From Alteromonas sp. (lineage in GTDB: Bacteria > Margulisbacteria > Marinamargulisbacteria > UBA6595), in the NCBI GenBank assembly GCA_964220215.1, contig CAXPTH010000025.1:1-38139 (forward strand): a DNA stretch of 38,139 nt, written 5' to 3'. Below are positions 1-9,617 of this stretch, piece by piece (within the stretch, counting starts at the first letter, position 1; each line of letters opens with the position of its first letter). Made by a program: the position numbers and the translations under genes. The notes under the pieces were generated by a model. It had not been told where the DNA came from. It ran no database searches and was given only the letters and a program-made list of their open reading frames with translations.

Positions 1-376
1 CCAACACCCCCCCCAGAAAGACCTTCACCAACTCAATGGGCTGAAACTGAAGCCCCGCCACCGACAACCACCGACTCGCTCCCCCCACCTCAACCCCCAC
101 CCCCGGAATCAGCGTCAACGCCAAAACCCCCCCGCTCACCCAATACCCCAGCACCACCCATCGCCGATACACCGCAACCGGCAACCGAATCGCCACCGCC
201 ATCGCCACACACCCCAACACTAAAAACAACCCCTGCTTGCGAATAAATAAAAAACTGTCCTGATACTGCTTAAACCCCAAGACCGAACTGGTCGATAACG
301 TCATCACAATCCCAATCGCAATTAACGCCAACGCACTAAACAAAAACACCCAATCCGGCCCCGTCTCTCGCGTCAT
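1..376 (-). CDS. ftsW: FtsW/RodA (SEDS) peptidoglycan polymerase, 5' part; runs off the window start
   Basis: Not in the ORF track. Manual translation from ATG 376 (ATGA overlap with the murD stop; alternative ATG 382) gives MTRETGPDWVFLFSALALIAIGIVMTLSTSS...GVEVGGASRWLSVAGLQFQPIELVK, the SEDS GA.RW...FQP.E..K motif. Follows murD. Confidence 0.9.
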   Translation of the reverse strand, partial: MTRETGPDWVFLFSALALIAIGIVMTLSTSSVLGFKQYQDSFLFIRKQGLFLVLGCVAMAVAIRLPVAVYRRWVVLGYWVSGGVLALTLIPGVGVEVGGASRWLSVAGLQFQPIELVKVFLGGVL

Positions 377-1563
377 CGCCATGCCGCAACACACGCTTTA
401 AACGCATCCCCACGCTGCACAAAGGTCTCAAAGGCATCGTGACTGCTGCCCGCCGGGGAAAACAGCACCACCCCAGACCCAGCCGCCAACCGAAACGCCG
501 CCTCAACCGCCTCCGCCACCGTATCAACCGCCGTCACCGGAACCGTCAACTGGCCCGATGCAGCCAACGCTGTGACTGTGGGCACCAACCCCCCACACAC
601 CACCACCGCCGTCACATGCTGATGAATCTGCGCCCACAAATCCGCATGACACACCGCCTTGGGCTGCCCACATAAAATTAAAACCACCGGCGATTCTCCC
701 GCTACAGAGGCAACCGCCATCGTCGTCGCTGCTGGGTTGGTTGCTTTGGAATCGTTGTACACCGCAACACCCGCCGGCCCGCCCAACACCCGCTCCATCC
801 GATGCGGCAACCCCCGAAACTGCGCCATACGGTCCCGAATCTGGGCGGCAGGTACCCCCAGTAACGCCCCAACCGACACCGCCGCCTGAACGGACAACCA
901 CTGAGCCGGGCCCGTCGCCCATGTCGAATACTCGGGCAACGCTTCGGGGTATATCGGGTGGTGAGCGGCATTGCCAAAAGCGCTGGATTGGGCTTTTAGG
1001 CGCTCATCCGCAGCATTATAAACAACATGGGCAGTGTTGGTATTAACAATGTTCATCTTTGCACGCATATAGGCGTCTAGCGTGCCGTGTCGCTCCAGGT
1101 GATCGGGCTGAATGTTCAACAAAACCGCAAGGGTACAGGTAAAGTGATCGCAGAGCTCCAATTGATAGCTGCTCAGCTCGCACACCAAGTGCTTATGAGA
1201 CCCCCCCACATAGCCAATTAACGGATCCCCAATGTTGCCCACAACGGGGCAGTCGAGCACCCGCGCGATGAGTGTCGCCGTGGTGGATTTTCCGTTGGTC
1301 CCCGTTACGCCAATAATCTGAGGCCGTTGATCGGCCGGCCGGCGTTCCCATTCCCGATACGCAAATTCCACCTCCGATAGCATCACGGCCCCCGCTGGCA
1401 CTGGCACCGTTGTTGGATCGACGCCCGGACTCATCACGACCCAGTCGGTGGCGTGAATAACCGTATCGGACAGGGATACACACGGATGGCCCACCCGAGC
1501 ACAGTAGGCGTGTACCGCTTGGGCCGTTATGCCGTGACCGGTGACTACGACGCGTGAACCCAT
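373..1563 (-). CDS. murD: UDP-N-acetylmuramoyl-L-alanine--D-glutamate ligase
   Basis: VMSPGV, GVTGTNGKSTT, GNIG, ELSSYQL, NIQPDHLERH, LPHRME, NDSKATN and FSPAGSSHD motifs. Start placed at ATG 1563. Confidence 0.95.
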   Translation of the reverse strand: MGSRVVVTGHGITAQAVHAYCARVGHPCVSLSDTVIHATDWVVMSPGVDPTTVPVPAGAVMLSEVEFAYREWERRPADQRPQIIGVTGTNGKSTTATLIARVLDCPVVGNIGDPLIGYVGGSHKHLVCELSSYQLELCDHFTCTLAVLLNIQPDHLERHGTLDAYMRAKMNIVNTNTAHVVYNAADERLKAQSSAFGNAAHHPIYPEALPEYSTWATGPAQWLSVQAAVSVGALLGVPAAQIRDRMAQFRGLPHRMERVLGGPAGVAVYNDSKATNPAATTMAVASVAGESPVVLILCGQPKAVCHADLWAQIHQHVTAVVVCGGLVPTVTALAASGQLTVPVTAVDTVAEAVEAAFRLAAGSGVVLFSPAGSSHDAFETFVQRGDAFKACVAAWR

Positions 1564-2423
1564 AACCAAAATAGCCCGCAACACACCGCCTGCACGCTCC
1601 AAAATAGCAGCACAACCTTGGGCTCGGGCATGCCCTTGAGCTCAAAATGATGGTGCAGGGGCGCCATCAAAAAGACCCGTTTTTTTCGCCATTTAAAACT
1701 CACCACTTGAACCATTACACTGAGAGTTTCTAGGATAAACACCCCACCCAACATCACAGTTGGCCAAGGGCTATGCATCACGGCTGTCACCGCACCCAGC
1801 ATGCCCCCAATCGCCAAGGATCCACTATCGCCCATAAATAAGCGAGCGGGATAGCGATTGACACACAAAAAAGCCAGCAATACGATGGCCAATACAAACC
1901 AAACGCCCCCATGAAACGCCGCAGCCAAACTGGCCATAATTAATACCGATATGCCCGCCAATAAACCATCCAACCCGTCCGTTAAATTGGCCGCATTGCT
2001 CGCACCGACTAGGCTTAGGAGGCTAAGGCCCATTAAGCCGGCGGTGAGGGGGGCTGGATACACGGCCACAAGCACCCCGCCAAGCCCCACCTGCAACACC
2101 AGTTTTTGCGTAGCGGATAGCCCTTGGTTGGTGGATCGCCACCCCGCTAAGCCATCATCCAAACACCCAATAATCCCGTAGCCCAGCCCAGCCCAGAGCA
2201 CCCACCGAGCCACCGGATCGGCCCAATACCCAAAGCATACCGACGCAACCAGCACCAACGCCAAAATAACCACCCCCCCAAACGATGGCACCCGCTTGTT
2301 CTGATGGGATTCAGGGGCCAAATCATAAATTTCCTGGTGGGCATTCAAGCGCATCAACCACCAACTAAATGCCATAAAGCTCACAAGGCTGATCCCAAAT
2401 AAAAGAATCCCCTTAGTGATCAT
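1545..2423 (-). CDS. mraY: Phospho-N-acetylmuramoyl-pentapeptide transferase
   Basis: PSFGG, LDD, SNAANLTDGLDGL, PARLFMGDSGSL, ETLSVMVQV and MAPLHHHFE motifs; multi-pass membrane protein. Confidence 0.96.
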   Translation of the reverse strand: MITKGILLFGISLVSFMAFSWWLMRLNAHQEIYDLAPESHQNKRVPSFGGVVILALVLVASVCFGYWADPVARWVLWAGLGYGIIGCLDDGLAGWRSTNQGLSATQKLVLQVGLGGVLVAVYPAPLTAGLMGLSLLSLVGASNAANLTDGLDGLLAGISVLIMASLAAAFHGGVWFVLAIVLLAFLCVNRYPARLFMGDSGSLAIGGMLGAVTAVMHSPWPTVMLGGVFILETLSVMVQVVSFKWRKKRVFLMAPLHHHFELKGMPEPKVVLLFWSVQAVCCGLFWLWVHAS

Positions 2424-3093
2424 GAACCAACCCCATGCCAATCATCGCTGCGCTTAACCCCCATTGCTCCCCCACCCGATAGCAGGCCATCAAGCTGTGG
2501 GTTTCTGCTTGCCCCACCGAATACGGCAACACCCGATACCCCAGGGCTTGAGCCTTCTGAGAAATCCGTTGGTAGTGGTGATCCGCATACGGCCAATACA
2601 CGTGTCGATCCACCAAGGGAAACTGCTTGCGCAAGGGGAGCAGCACGGCCGCTTTGTCCGCTTGCGTTTGCAAACCAGGCAACACGACGGTATGGGTGGG
2701 ATATAGGCATTGAAGCACCCGCCGGTTGCGTGCGCTATGCACAACGGGAACCACCAAAATATCGGTGGATACTGACGCATTTAAAATCCCTAGGGCCGCG
2801 GATAGTATCGGGTCAGACACGCTGGCAGCCGCACATGAAACGCTGTACTGCATGCCCAAGACGCGCGCCAATCGCTGCCCCGGATCGCGGTCTGTGGCCA
2901 ACACAGCAATAATACCCATGCGGGCTTTTTTCCGGTGAGCACGGGCTTGCTGAAGCACATCCATACGCACCACCCGACTGGCCCCGTTCGCCACAGCCAC
3001 ATCCACATGCTGATGGCCATCGTAGCCATCCAATTGCATGGGGACAAAGGTATCACCGGGTGTGACGCAATCCGCAATCACCTGAATGGCCAT
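2413..3093 (-). CDS. Degenerate, truncated MurF-like protein (226 aa)
   Basis: The N-terminus (VTPGDTFV...DGHQHVDVAVANGA) resembles the Mur ligase N-terminal domain. It lies between murE and mraY with a TAATG overlap to murE. No GKT P-loop and no C-terminal ligase domain. Confidence 0.65.
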   Translation of the reverse strand: MAIQVIADCVTPGDTFVPMQLDGYDGHQHVDVAVANGASRVVRMDVLQQARAHRKKARMGIIAVLATDRDPGQRLARVLGMQYSVSCAAASVSDPILSAALGILNASVSTDILVVPVVHSARNRRVLQCLYPTHTVVLPGLQTQADKAAVLLPLRKQFPLVDRHVYWPYADHHYQRISQKAQALGYRVLPYSVGQAETHSLMACYRVGEQWGLSAAMIGMGLVHDH

Positions 3094-4259
3094 TAGTCCC
3101 CCCGAAGCTCCGCAACAATGGACTGAACCAAGCTGGGGTCGTGACTGTCTGTCACCGAATCGCCCACCACTTGCGTCCGCTCATGGCCCTTACCCGCTAC
3201 CAGCACAACATCGTTGGGGTTTGCACGCTCGATGGCATACCGGATGGCCGCTTTCCGATCCAAAATTACAGAAACGGGAACCGCTTGCGCAATGCCGGCT
3301 TGAATATCCGCTACAATGGCGTCTGGGTCTTCGGACCGGGGGTTGTCGTTGGTCAAAATAATCTGATCGGCATAGGCGGCTGCAATGGCGCCCATGGGTG
3401 CCCGTTTGCCCGGATCTCGGTCCCCCCCGCACCCAAAGATGACCCACAATTGGGCCGACGGATCCAAACACAACTGATGCGCCGCCTGAACCGCATGGGT
3501 CAACGCATCGGGGGTATGGGCAAAATCCACAATCACCCGACACGGAACCTTGCACACGGTTTGCAATCGGCCCTCTGGCCACCGAACCGCCTTCAAGGCG
3601 GGATCAATGGCCGTGTCTGAAAACCCTAAATTGCGTAAAATGCCTTTGGTCACCCGATAATTTTCATCCATAACGGTGTGTGTTTGGATGGGAATGGGAA
3701 TGTTGTGGTGATCCGGCGGAACCACGGCAAAGTGATTGCCTTCGTTAATAAACCGCCATTTGGTGGCCCGATACGTGGACATTCTAATGTGATAGTCCAA
3801 ATGATCCCGCGAAATGTTGGTCAAGGCCCGAATGTCAAAATCAATGCCATACACGCGATCCTGGTCAATGGCATGGGAGGATACCTCCATCACAAAGTGG
3901 GTACCCCCTTGGCCAATGTGTTCAATCATGGTCTGGTATGTGACCATAATATCCGGGGTGGTTAATCCATGCGACAAGGTGCCTTGTTGATAGGTTTTTT
4001 GCCCCAATGCCGATAAACACTGGGTGACAAAACTGGCCACGGATGTTTTGCCATTGGTGCCCGTAATCCCAATAACGGTTAAAAGATCAGCCGGATTTCC
4101 CGTTAGCTTTCGGGCCAATTCCGCCCACTCGCGACGATTCAACTTGATGTGTCTGGATGCGCCACGGGCATACGCTTTTTGAATATACGGTTCGCCTTTG
4201 GGTAAGCATACGTACACATCCCCGGGTTGAATGCAATCGGTGTGACTCCAATAATTCAT
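3093..4259 (-). CDS. murE: UDP-N-acetylmuramoyl-tripeptide synthetase (meso-DAP adding)
   Basis: GITGTNGKTS, LTTP, MEVSSHA, TNISRDHLDYH, VDFAHTPDA, FGCGGDRD, DNPR (mDAP specificity motif) and AGKGHE. Start reassigned to ATG 4259. Confidence 0.95.
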   Translation of the reverse strand: MNYWSHTDCIQPGDVYVCLPKGEPYIQKAYARGASRHIKLNRREWAELARKLTGNPADLLTVIGITGTNGKTSVASFVTQCLSALGQKTYQQGTLSHGLTTPDIMVTYQTMIEHIGQGGTHFVMEVSSHAIDQDRVYGIDFDIRALTNISRDHLDYHIRMSTYRATKWRFINEGNHFAVVPPDHHNIPIPIQTHTVMDENYRVTKGILRNLGFSDTAIDPALKAVRWPEGRLQTVCKVPCRVIVDFAHTPDALTHAVQAAHQLCLDPSAQLWVIFGCGGDRDPGKRAPMGAIAAAYADQIILTNDNPRSEDPDAIVADIQAGIAQAVPVSVILDRKAAIRYAIERANPNDVVLVAGKGHERTQVVGDSVTDSHDPSLVQSIVAELRGD

Positions 4260-4266
4260 ATTCAAA

Positions 4267-4275
4267 AGTGTACCA
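4267..4275 (-). promoter_or_regulatory. Extended -10 element (TGgTACACT) 7 nt upstream of the murE ATG
   Basis: The minus strand reads TGG-TACACT-tttgaat-ATG, with no Shine-Dalgarno in between. Confidence 0.55.
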
Positions 4276-4373
4276 TGGTTTGGGACGCAATCCGTATCAA
4301 ATTTACAATTAATCATGATATACTGATGATAATTTCTGTATGTAATTTTAAAAATTAGGACCCTCCTACTATT

Positions 4374-5105
4374 ATGGCACAGCATGATCAGGCATTGTTA
4401 GTTGCATATCACAAAAACCCATCGCCGGGCTTAAAAAACGATATTTTGGAGTCGCATCAAGGCCTTGTGCATCATTTAGCCAGAAAGATGGCCTTTGACC
4501 GGACCCATTTAGACGATATTGTTCAAATTGCCAACATTGGGTTATTAAAAGCCATTGAGCGCTTTGATCCGAATCAAAACACCAACTTTGTTGGCTTTGC
4601 CATTCCCACAATTGTGGGTGAGATTAAGCATTATATTCGAGATAGCTTGTCCATCATTCGCATTCCACGCACGGTGCAGGAAAATGACTTGCGTATTCGC
4701 CGGTTTATGAAAGAGCATTTGCAAACCACCGGCAAAAGCCCCACCCCTCGGGCGATTGCTGATGCGTTGGAGCTGGACCTTGAATCGGTGCTGGAATGCT
4801 CAGAAATTAGCAGCTTTACACGGGTATCGTCCTTGGATAAATCCTTGCACGATGAATCGGGGCCATCCTTGCTCGAAACCGTCCCGTGTGAGCGATTCCC
4901 AACCGGAAAAACCGAAGACTACAGCGCGGTCAACTCTGCCATCGAGGCCTTGGATGATCGGACCAAAGCCATTGTTAAGCATCGATTCTATGACGGATGG
5001 ACCCAGCAAGAGATTGCCGAAAAATTGGGGTTATCCCAAATGCATGTCTCTCGGTTATTGCGTGCGGGTATGAAGCAATTAAAAGCTATTTTGGAGCCAC
5101 AATAG
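4374..5105 (+). CDS. SigB/SigF/SigG-family (group 3) RNA polymerase sigma factor
   Basis: Region 2 (DDIVQIANIGLLKAIERFDP...FAIPTIVGEIKHYIRD, IRIPR), SSLD, and a region 4 HTH (TQQEIAEKLGLSQMHVSRL). Confidence 0.93.
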   Translation: MAQHDQALLVAYHKNPSPGLKNDILESHQGLVHHLARKMAFDRTHLDDIVQIANIGLLKAIERFDPNQNTNFVGFAIPTIVGEIKHYIRDSLSIIRIPRTVQENDLRIRRFMKEHLQTTGKSPTPRAIADALELDLESVLECSEISSFTRVSSLDKSLHDESGPSLLETVPCERFPTGKTEDYSAVNSAIEALDDRTKAIVKHRFYDGWTQQEIAEKLGLSQMHVSRLLRAGMKQLKAILEPQ

Positions 5106-5130
5106 CTCGGCTGTATGCTACACTAGGGGC

Positions 5131-6114
5131 ATGATTTTAATTGCCGGTGGTGCTGGATATATTGGGGCGCATATCAATCAACAGCTTGCGGCGGCTGGCT
5201 ATGACACGGTTGTGTTGGACAATGAAAGCACGGGGTTCCGATCCTTTGTTCAGTGGGGGCATTTTGTGTCGGGCGATTTGCGCACTATAGCGGATATTCG
5301 CCGGTGTTTTGATGCCTATCCCATCACCGCGGTGGTGCACACAGCGGCAGCCTCGATTGTCCCGGAGTCCATTCAGCGCCCGGATTATTATTACACCAAC
5401 AATGTAATGGGAACGGCCAACTTAATTGCGGTGATGCAAGAGTACGGGGTTCGGGACTTTGTCTTTTCATCGACGTGTGCGGTGTATGGGGATCACCGAG
5501 ACCCAATTGCCGAGACACAGGCCTGCCAGCCCTTAACTCCGTATGGCAATACCAAGCGGGCGATCGAATGGTTGTTGGCCGATTACCACGCAGCCGGGTT
5601 GCTGCGCTATGTTGCGTTTCGGTATTTTAATGCGGCCGGAGCAGACCCGGGGGGAACGATTGGCGAAGCGCACAATCCTGAAACGCATTTAATTCCCTTG
5701 TGTTTGGATGCCGTCATGGGAAACCGACCGGCCGTGACTATTTTTGGGCGAGATTATGACACGCCAGATGGTACCTGCATCCGCGATTATTGCCATGTAA
5801 ACGATATTGCCGCGGCCCATGTATTGGGTCTGAAAGCGTTGAAAACGACCGACATATCGGGCTGCTATAACTTGGGGTTGGGGACAGGGCATTCGGTGTT
5901 GGACATTATTCAAGCGGTTGAAGCGGTCACGGGCCGATCCGTTCCGGTGGTGTGGGGGGATCGCCGTGTGGGCGATGCGCCGCAGTTAGTGGCCCAACCC
6001 GGCGCCTTTGCGCAGCATACGGGCTGGACGCCCACGTATACGGATAGTCAATCCATGATTCAAACCGCCTGGCAGTGGCATCAAACAAAAGTGTCGCGTT
6101 TACCTACGGCTTAG
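5131..6114 (+). CDS. galE: UDP-glucose 4-epimerase
   Basis: GGAGYIG NAD-binding motif, FSSTCAVYG, catalytic YxxxK (YGNTK), RYFNAAGA, ETHLIP, DTPDGTCIRDY. Confidence 0.95.
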   Translation: MILIAGGAGYIGAHINQQLAAAGYDTVVLDNESTGFRSFVQWGHFVSGDLRTIADIRRCFDAYPITAVVHTAAASIVPESIQRPDYYYTNNVMGTANLIAVMQEYGVRDFVFSSTCAVYGDHRDPIAETQACQPLTPYGNTKRAIEWLLADYHAAGLLRYVAFRYFNAAGADPGGTIGEAHNPETHLIPLCLDAVMGNRPAVTIFGRDYDTPDGTCIRDYCHVNDIAAAHVLGLKALKTTDISGCYNLGLGTGHSVLDIIQAVEAVTGRSVPVVWGDRRVGDAPQLVAQPGAFAQHTGWTPTYTDSQSMIQTAWQWHQTKVSRLPTA

Positions 6115-6749
6115 CGCTTTTTAATCCATATCGTAAAATCATCGGACCAGTAGTCTCGAATAAGGGTTGCCTGGGGATCCCATTGGCGGCATAGCCGATG
6201 GACGTGCGTGGGGTTGTAATACTGCAACCCGGGTACTTGGGACTCGCAGGATTGACTCAGGGCGTTAAATAGCACACACTGGTTGGCCCGTGCCACCATC
6301 GCCCCAACCTGTGTGGTCAAGTGATACAGCGGGTCCGGAATACGCAAACTAAACACACCGCTGGCCACGACCATGTCCGCTTGCGGTATATCGGCCAAAC
6401 TACCTAGAATAAATGTGGCTGCCGGGTAGCGCTGTCGGGCCAATCGAATCATCTCAGGGCTAATATCCAAGCCGGTATACGTGCCCGTCCACCCCTGATC
6501 GCATAAAAAGCCATAAAAGTCCCCCCGCCCACAGCCAAAATCCACAATGGACTGGGCAGGAAACGCCTGTAAAAATTGACTAAACCGAGCCGCTTGCCCC
6601 GCCGCAGTCTGCCACCCCAAAGCCGCTAGAGAATTGCCATGAACCCGGGCTTGCCGGTTGTAGTACTGGCGCGTACGCTTTAAGACCCGCCAGTAGGCCG
6701 GGCTATACGAGTTGTCGGGCCACCAAAAGCTCCGCAATCTGGACAGCAT
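6111..6749 (-). CDS. Class I SAM-dependent methyltransferase
   Basis: Motif I VDFGCGRG, YTGLDIS and VVASGVF. Start uncertain; ATG 6749 overlaps the 3' end of asd. Confidence 0.85.
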   Translation of the reverse strand: MLSRLRSFWWPDNSYSPAYWRVLKRTRQYYNRQARVHGNSLAALGWQTAAGQAARFSQFLQAFPAQSIVDFGCGRGDFYGFLCDQGWTGTYTGLDISPEMIRLARQRYPAATFILGSLADIPQADMVVASGVFSLRIPDPLYHLTTQVGAMVARANQCVLFNALSQSCESQVPGLQYYNPTHVHRLCRQWDPQATLIRDYWSDDFTIWIKKR

Positions 6750-7710
6750 TGAGGGCCGCTCCTTTGCGAAGATTATCCGCAACACACCAAAACACAATGC
6801 CGTTCTGGACGGACAAATCTTGTCGAATTCGGCCAATGCCCACGGGATCTTGGCCCGCAAATTCTCTCGGGGTGGGGTAATCCAATTTCATCGGCTCATC
6901 CAAGAGCACAACACCCGGCGTGTTGGCCAACACCGTACGAACATCCGCCGGATCAATCGGCTGAGCCGTTTCGAGCGTCACCGCTTCGCTATGCCCAATG
7001 AATACCGGCACCCGCGCACACGTCACGCTGACCGGCAAACCGGGCTCGCCCAAAATTTTCTGAATTTCATTCACCATTTTCATTTCTTCTTTGGTATACC
7101 CATTGGGCAAAAAGCTATCGATGTGGGGCACCACGTTAAAGGCAATCGCATGCCGGGGCACCGCATCGGCCTGACCGCTCAGCAATTGGGTCGTGTGTTG
7201 CTCTAACGCATCAATCGCCGATTTGCCCGCCCCCGATACCGACTGATAAGTTGAAATAACCAATCGAGTAATCGTGTATCGCTCATGAATGGGCTTTAAC
7301 GCCACGACCAGCTGAGCCGTTGAACAGTTGGGGTTGGCAATAATACCTTGGTGCTGAGCAATGGCGTCGGGATTGACTTCAGGGACAACCAGTGGCACGG
7401 TATCGTGCATGCGAAAAAACGACGTGTTGTCCACCACAATAGCCCCGGCTTGAGCCGCAATCGGCGCATACACCTCAGAGACCGATCCCCCTGCGCTAAA
7501 TAAGGCAATATCCACCCCAGCAAAGGACTCCGGCCGCAAGGCCTCAACCACAACGGTGTCATCCCCCACCAATAGCGATTGACCCGCTGAGCGCTCCGAG
7601 GCCAACAATCGGACCGATCCCATGGGAAAATTGCGTTCAATCAAGCAATCAATAATGGCTTGTCCCACCAATCCGGTTGCGCCAACAACGGCCACGCTAT
7701 ACTGTTTCAT
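6703..7710 (-). CDS. asd: Aspartate-semialdehyde dehydrogenase
   Basis: VVGATGLVG, VPEVN, catalytic NPNCST, YQSVSGAG, DNLRKGAALNAVQIAE. A GGAGG SD precedes ATG 7710. Confidence 0.97.
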   Translation of the reverse strand: MKQYSVAVVGATGLVGQAIIDCLIERNFPMGSVRLLASERSAGQSLLVGDDTVVVEALRPESFAGVDIALFSAGGSVSEVYAPIAAQAGAIVVDNTSFFRMHDTVPLVVPEVNPDAIAQHQGIIANPNCSTAQLVVALKPIHERYTITRLVISTYQSVSGAGKSAIDALEQHTTQLLSGQADAVPRHAIAFNVVPHIDSFLPNGYTKEEMKMVNEIQKILGEPGLPVSVTCARVPVFIGHSEAVTLETAQPIDPADVRTVLANTPGVVLLDEPMKLDYPTPREFAGQDPVGIGRIRQDLSVQNGIVFWCVADNLRKGAALNAVQIAELLVARQLV

Positions 7711-8465
7711 TGTGTCTCCTCCATAATTGATTCTAATCCGTATCGCACACTGGGTGCATGCTGCATCATCCACCGCACAGACAGCACAACCCCAGGCATA
7801 AATGCCCCCCGATCCAACGTATCGTGACTCACCGTGACCCGTTGACCCGGCCCGCCAAAACAAATGTCGAGCTGCGCCAAATGTCCCGGCAAGCGCATGG
7901 CATGGATGGGGATCCCGGTTTCATTGACCCCGCCCCGAGAGCCGGGGACTAGTTCCTGACTCGTTGGGATACCGGCATTAACCGTTGGCATTGCGGCGGC
8001 TATAACGGCGGCCGCTTTTAAGGCCGTCCCTGAGGGAGCATCCACTTTCTGTTCATGGTGCCGTTCAATAATTTCAACATGGGGTAAATAAGGCGCCATT
8101 TGAGCCGCTGCCTGCATGATTAAAACCGCACCAATGGAAAAATTGGGGCAAATGAGTACACTGCGTTGACTGGCCTGCACATCGGGCTCAAAATCAGCCA
8201 CTTCATGGGGATGAATCCCGGTGGTTCCCACCACGGCATGGCACCCGGCCTTGAGAATCGTTCGAATGGTTGCATGGATCGTATCGGGGTGCGTAAAATC
8301 CACCACCACATCCGGGGCTGTCTCGGTCAACCGAGCCGCCAAATCATCCCCCAGGTCCAAGCAAGCGACCAACTCGAGGCCATCGGCATTGCGAATGGCG
8401 GTCTGGGTTTCTTGACCCATTTTTCCATGGGCCCCGTTAATAGCAACTCGAATTGGCGTTTTCAT
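7707..8465 (-). CDS. dapB: 4-hydroxy-tetrahydrodipicolinate reductase
   Basis: GAHGKMG, VDFTHP, VVGTTG, PNFSIG and the ERHHEQKVDAPSGTA signature. Confidence 0.96.
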   Translation of the reverse strand: MKTPIRVAINGAHGKMGQETQTAIRNADGLELVACLDLGDDLAARLTETAPDVVVDFTHPDTIHATIRTILKAGCHAVVGTTGIHPHEVADFEPDVQASQRSVLICPNFSIGAVLIMQAAAQMAPYLPHVEIIERHHEQKVDAPSGTALKAAAVIAAAMPTVNAGIPTSQELVPGSRGGVNETGIPIHAMRLPGHLAQLDICFGGPGQRVTVSHDTLDRGAFMPGVVLSVRWMMQHAPSVRYGLESIMEETQ

Positions 8466-9064
8466 ACATCCACTAGTGTAACGCACTCGCGCGTGGTTTG
8501 AAATATGGCATCGGGGGTTTGATTCTCAACCGACAGGCAATGAATGCGGGAATGCTGCTGGGCCAAAGCTAAATAAGCTGTTCGAACCCGCTCATGAAAC
8601 GCCACCGATTGGGACTCAATCCGATCCAACGCGGCCCGTGCGCTGGCCCTGGCCAACCCCACCGAAACTGGCAAGTCATACAGAAACGTGTGATCGGGAA
8701 CCAATGATACATGCGCCCCCAAGGTGTTGAGCAGATCGGCACTGCACCCTCGGCCCCCAACTTGATACGCCCAGGTGGAATCCATGTAGCGATCACACAA
8801 TACCACATCCCCACGGGACAGGGCCGGCTGAATCACCTGATGGATATGCTCCAAACGATCCGCAAAAAACAGCAACAGCTCTGTGCGGTGATCGTGAATC
8901 ATTGCCTCGTCCAAAATTAGGCCTCGAATCTGCGTGCCCAAGCGGGTACCCCCGGGCTCTTTGGTGACCACGACCGATCGGCCCAATTCACGCAGATACG
9001 CTGCCCATAGCTCTAGCTGGGTGGATTTCCCAGACCCCTCAATGCCTTCAAACGTGAGAAACAC
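8462..9064 (-). CDS. tmk: Thymidylate kinase
   Basis: FEGIEGSGKST P-loop, KEPGG, CDRY, AYQ. GTG start overlaps the HU stop. Confidence 0.96.
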   Translation of the reverse strand: MFLTFEGIEGSGKSTQLELWAAYLRELGRSVVVTKEPGGTRLGTQIRGLILDEAMIHDHRTELLLFFADRLEHIHQVIQPALSRGDVVLCDRYMDSTWAYQVGGRGCSADLLNTLGAHVSLVPDHTFLYDLPVSVGLARASARAALDRIESQSVAFHERVRTAYLALAQQHSRIHCLSVENQTPDAIFQTTRECVTLVDV

Positions 9065-9354
9065 TACCCCTTTCGGACAAGATCTCGCAAATTCTTGCTG
9101 GGTGAAAACGATGGGCTTTTGGTTGCCGGAACCACCAACGTAGCGCCCGTTTGTGGGTTTCGACCAATGCGCTCCACCCGATTGCGCACATCAAACTTGC
9201 CAAAGCCAACAATTGAAACCGGCTCACCTTGAACCAAATGGCTTTTAATTGAATCAAACATAAATTCAATCATCTCTTTGACATCGTTTTTTGTAATGTC
9301 TTTGGTATACCCAAACTCATCGTGCATAATTTCGATCAATTTTTTTTTGTTCAT
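9064..9354 (-). CDS. hup: HU/IHF-family DNA-binding protein
   Basis: MNKKKLI N-terminus, IVGFGKF, GRNPQTG arm, PSFSPSKNLR. AAGGA SD upstream. Confidence 0.92.
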   Translation of the reverse strand: MNKKKLIEIMHDEFGYTKDITKNDVKEMIEFMFDSIKSHLVQGEPVSIVGFGKFDVRNRVERIGRNPQTGATLVVPATKSPSFSPSKNLRDLVRKG

Positions 9355-9415
9355 TTTTTATCAGTCCTTATCTAAAAAAGCGCTTAATGCGCTACCAACA
9401 AAACACCTAAATTAC

Positions 9416-9445
9416 AATATAAATGAATTCGGCATTGTGAGTCAA
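9416..9445 (-). promoter_or_regulatory. Candidate sigma70 promoter for the HU-tmk-dapB-asd run
   Basis: TTGACT-N18-TATATT on the minus strand, in the AT-rich intergenic region. Confidence 0.4.
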
Positions 9446-9617
9446 CTGATTTTTTAATTATTTCAAACGCCAAAGATTGAATTTGGTTGTTTTTTAGTTA
9501 TTTTTAACTGCTTGTGCAATGCCAAGTCTAAGCTATATACTCTTAATTAGACACGTATAAATATTGTGTTGCGCATTACCCCCCTGAATTAACAATAGTT
9601 TAAAGGAGATAAAGTTT

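Noticed and set aside
4260..4385. N-terminal extension of murE, and similar extensions of asd, addA, murD and the second DUF2079-like gene
   Set aside because: They overlap neighbouring genes or promoters. Downstream ATGs fit the domain starts, SD or -10 motifs, or stop/start overlaps.
9355..9617. AT-rich intergenic region as oriC (also considered 17233-17394)
   Set aside because: No TTATCCACA-type DnaA box cluster by eye. Divergent promoters explain the composition.
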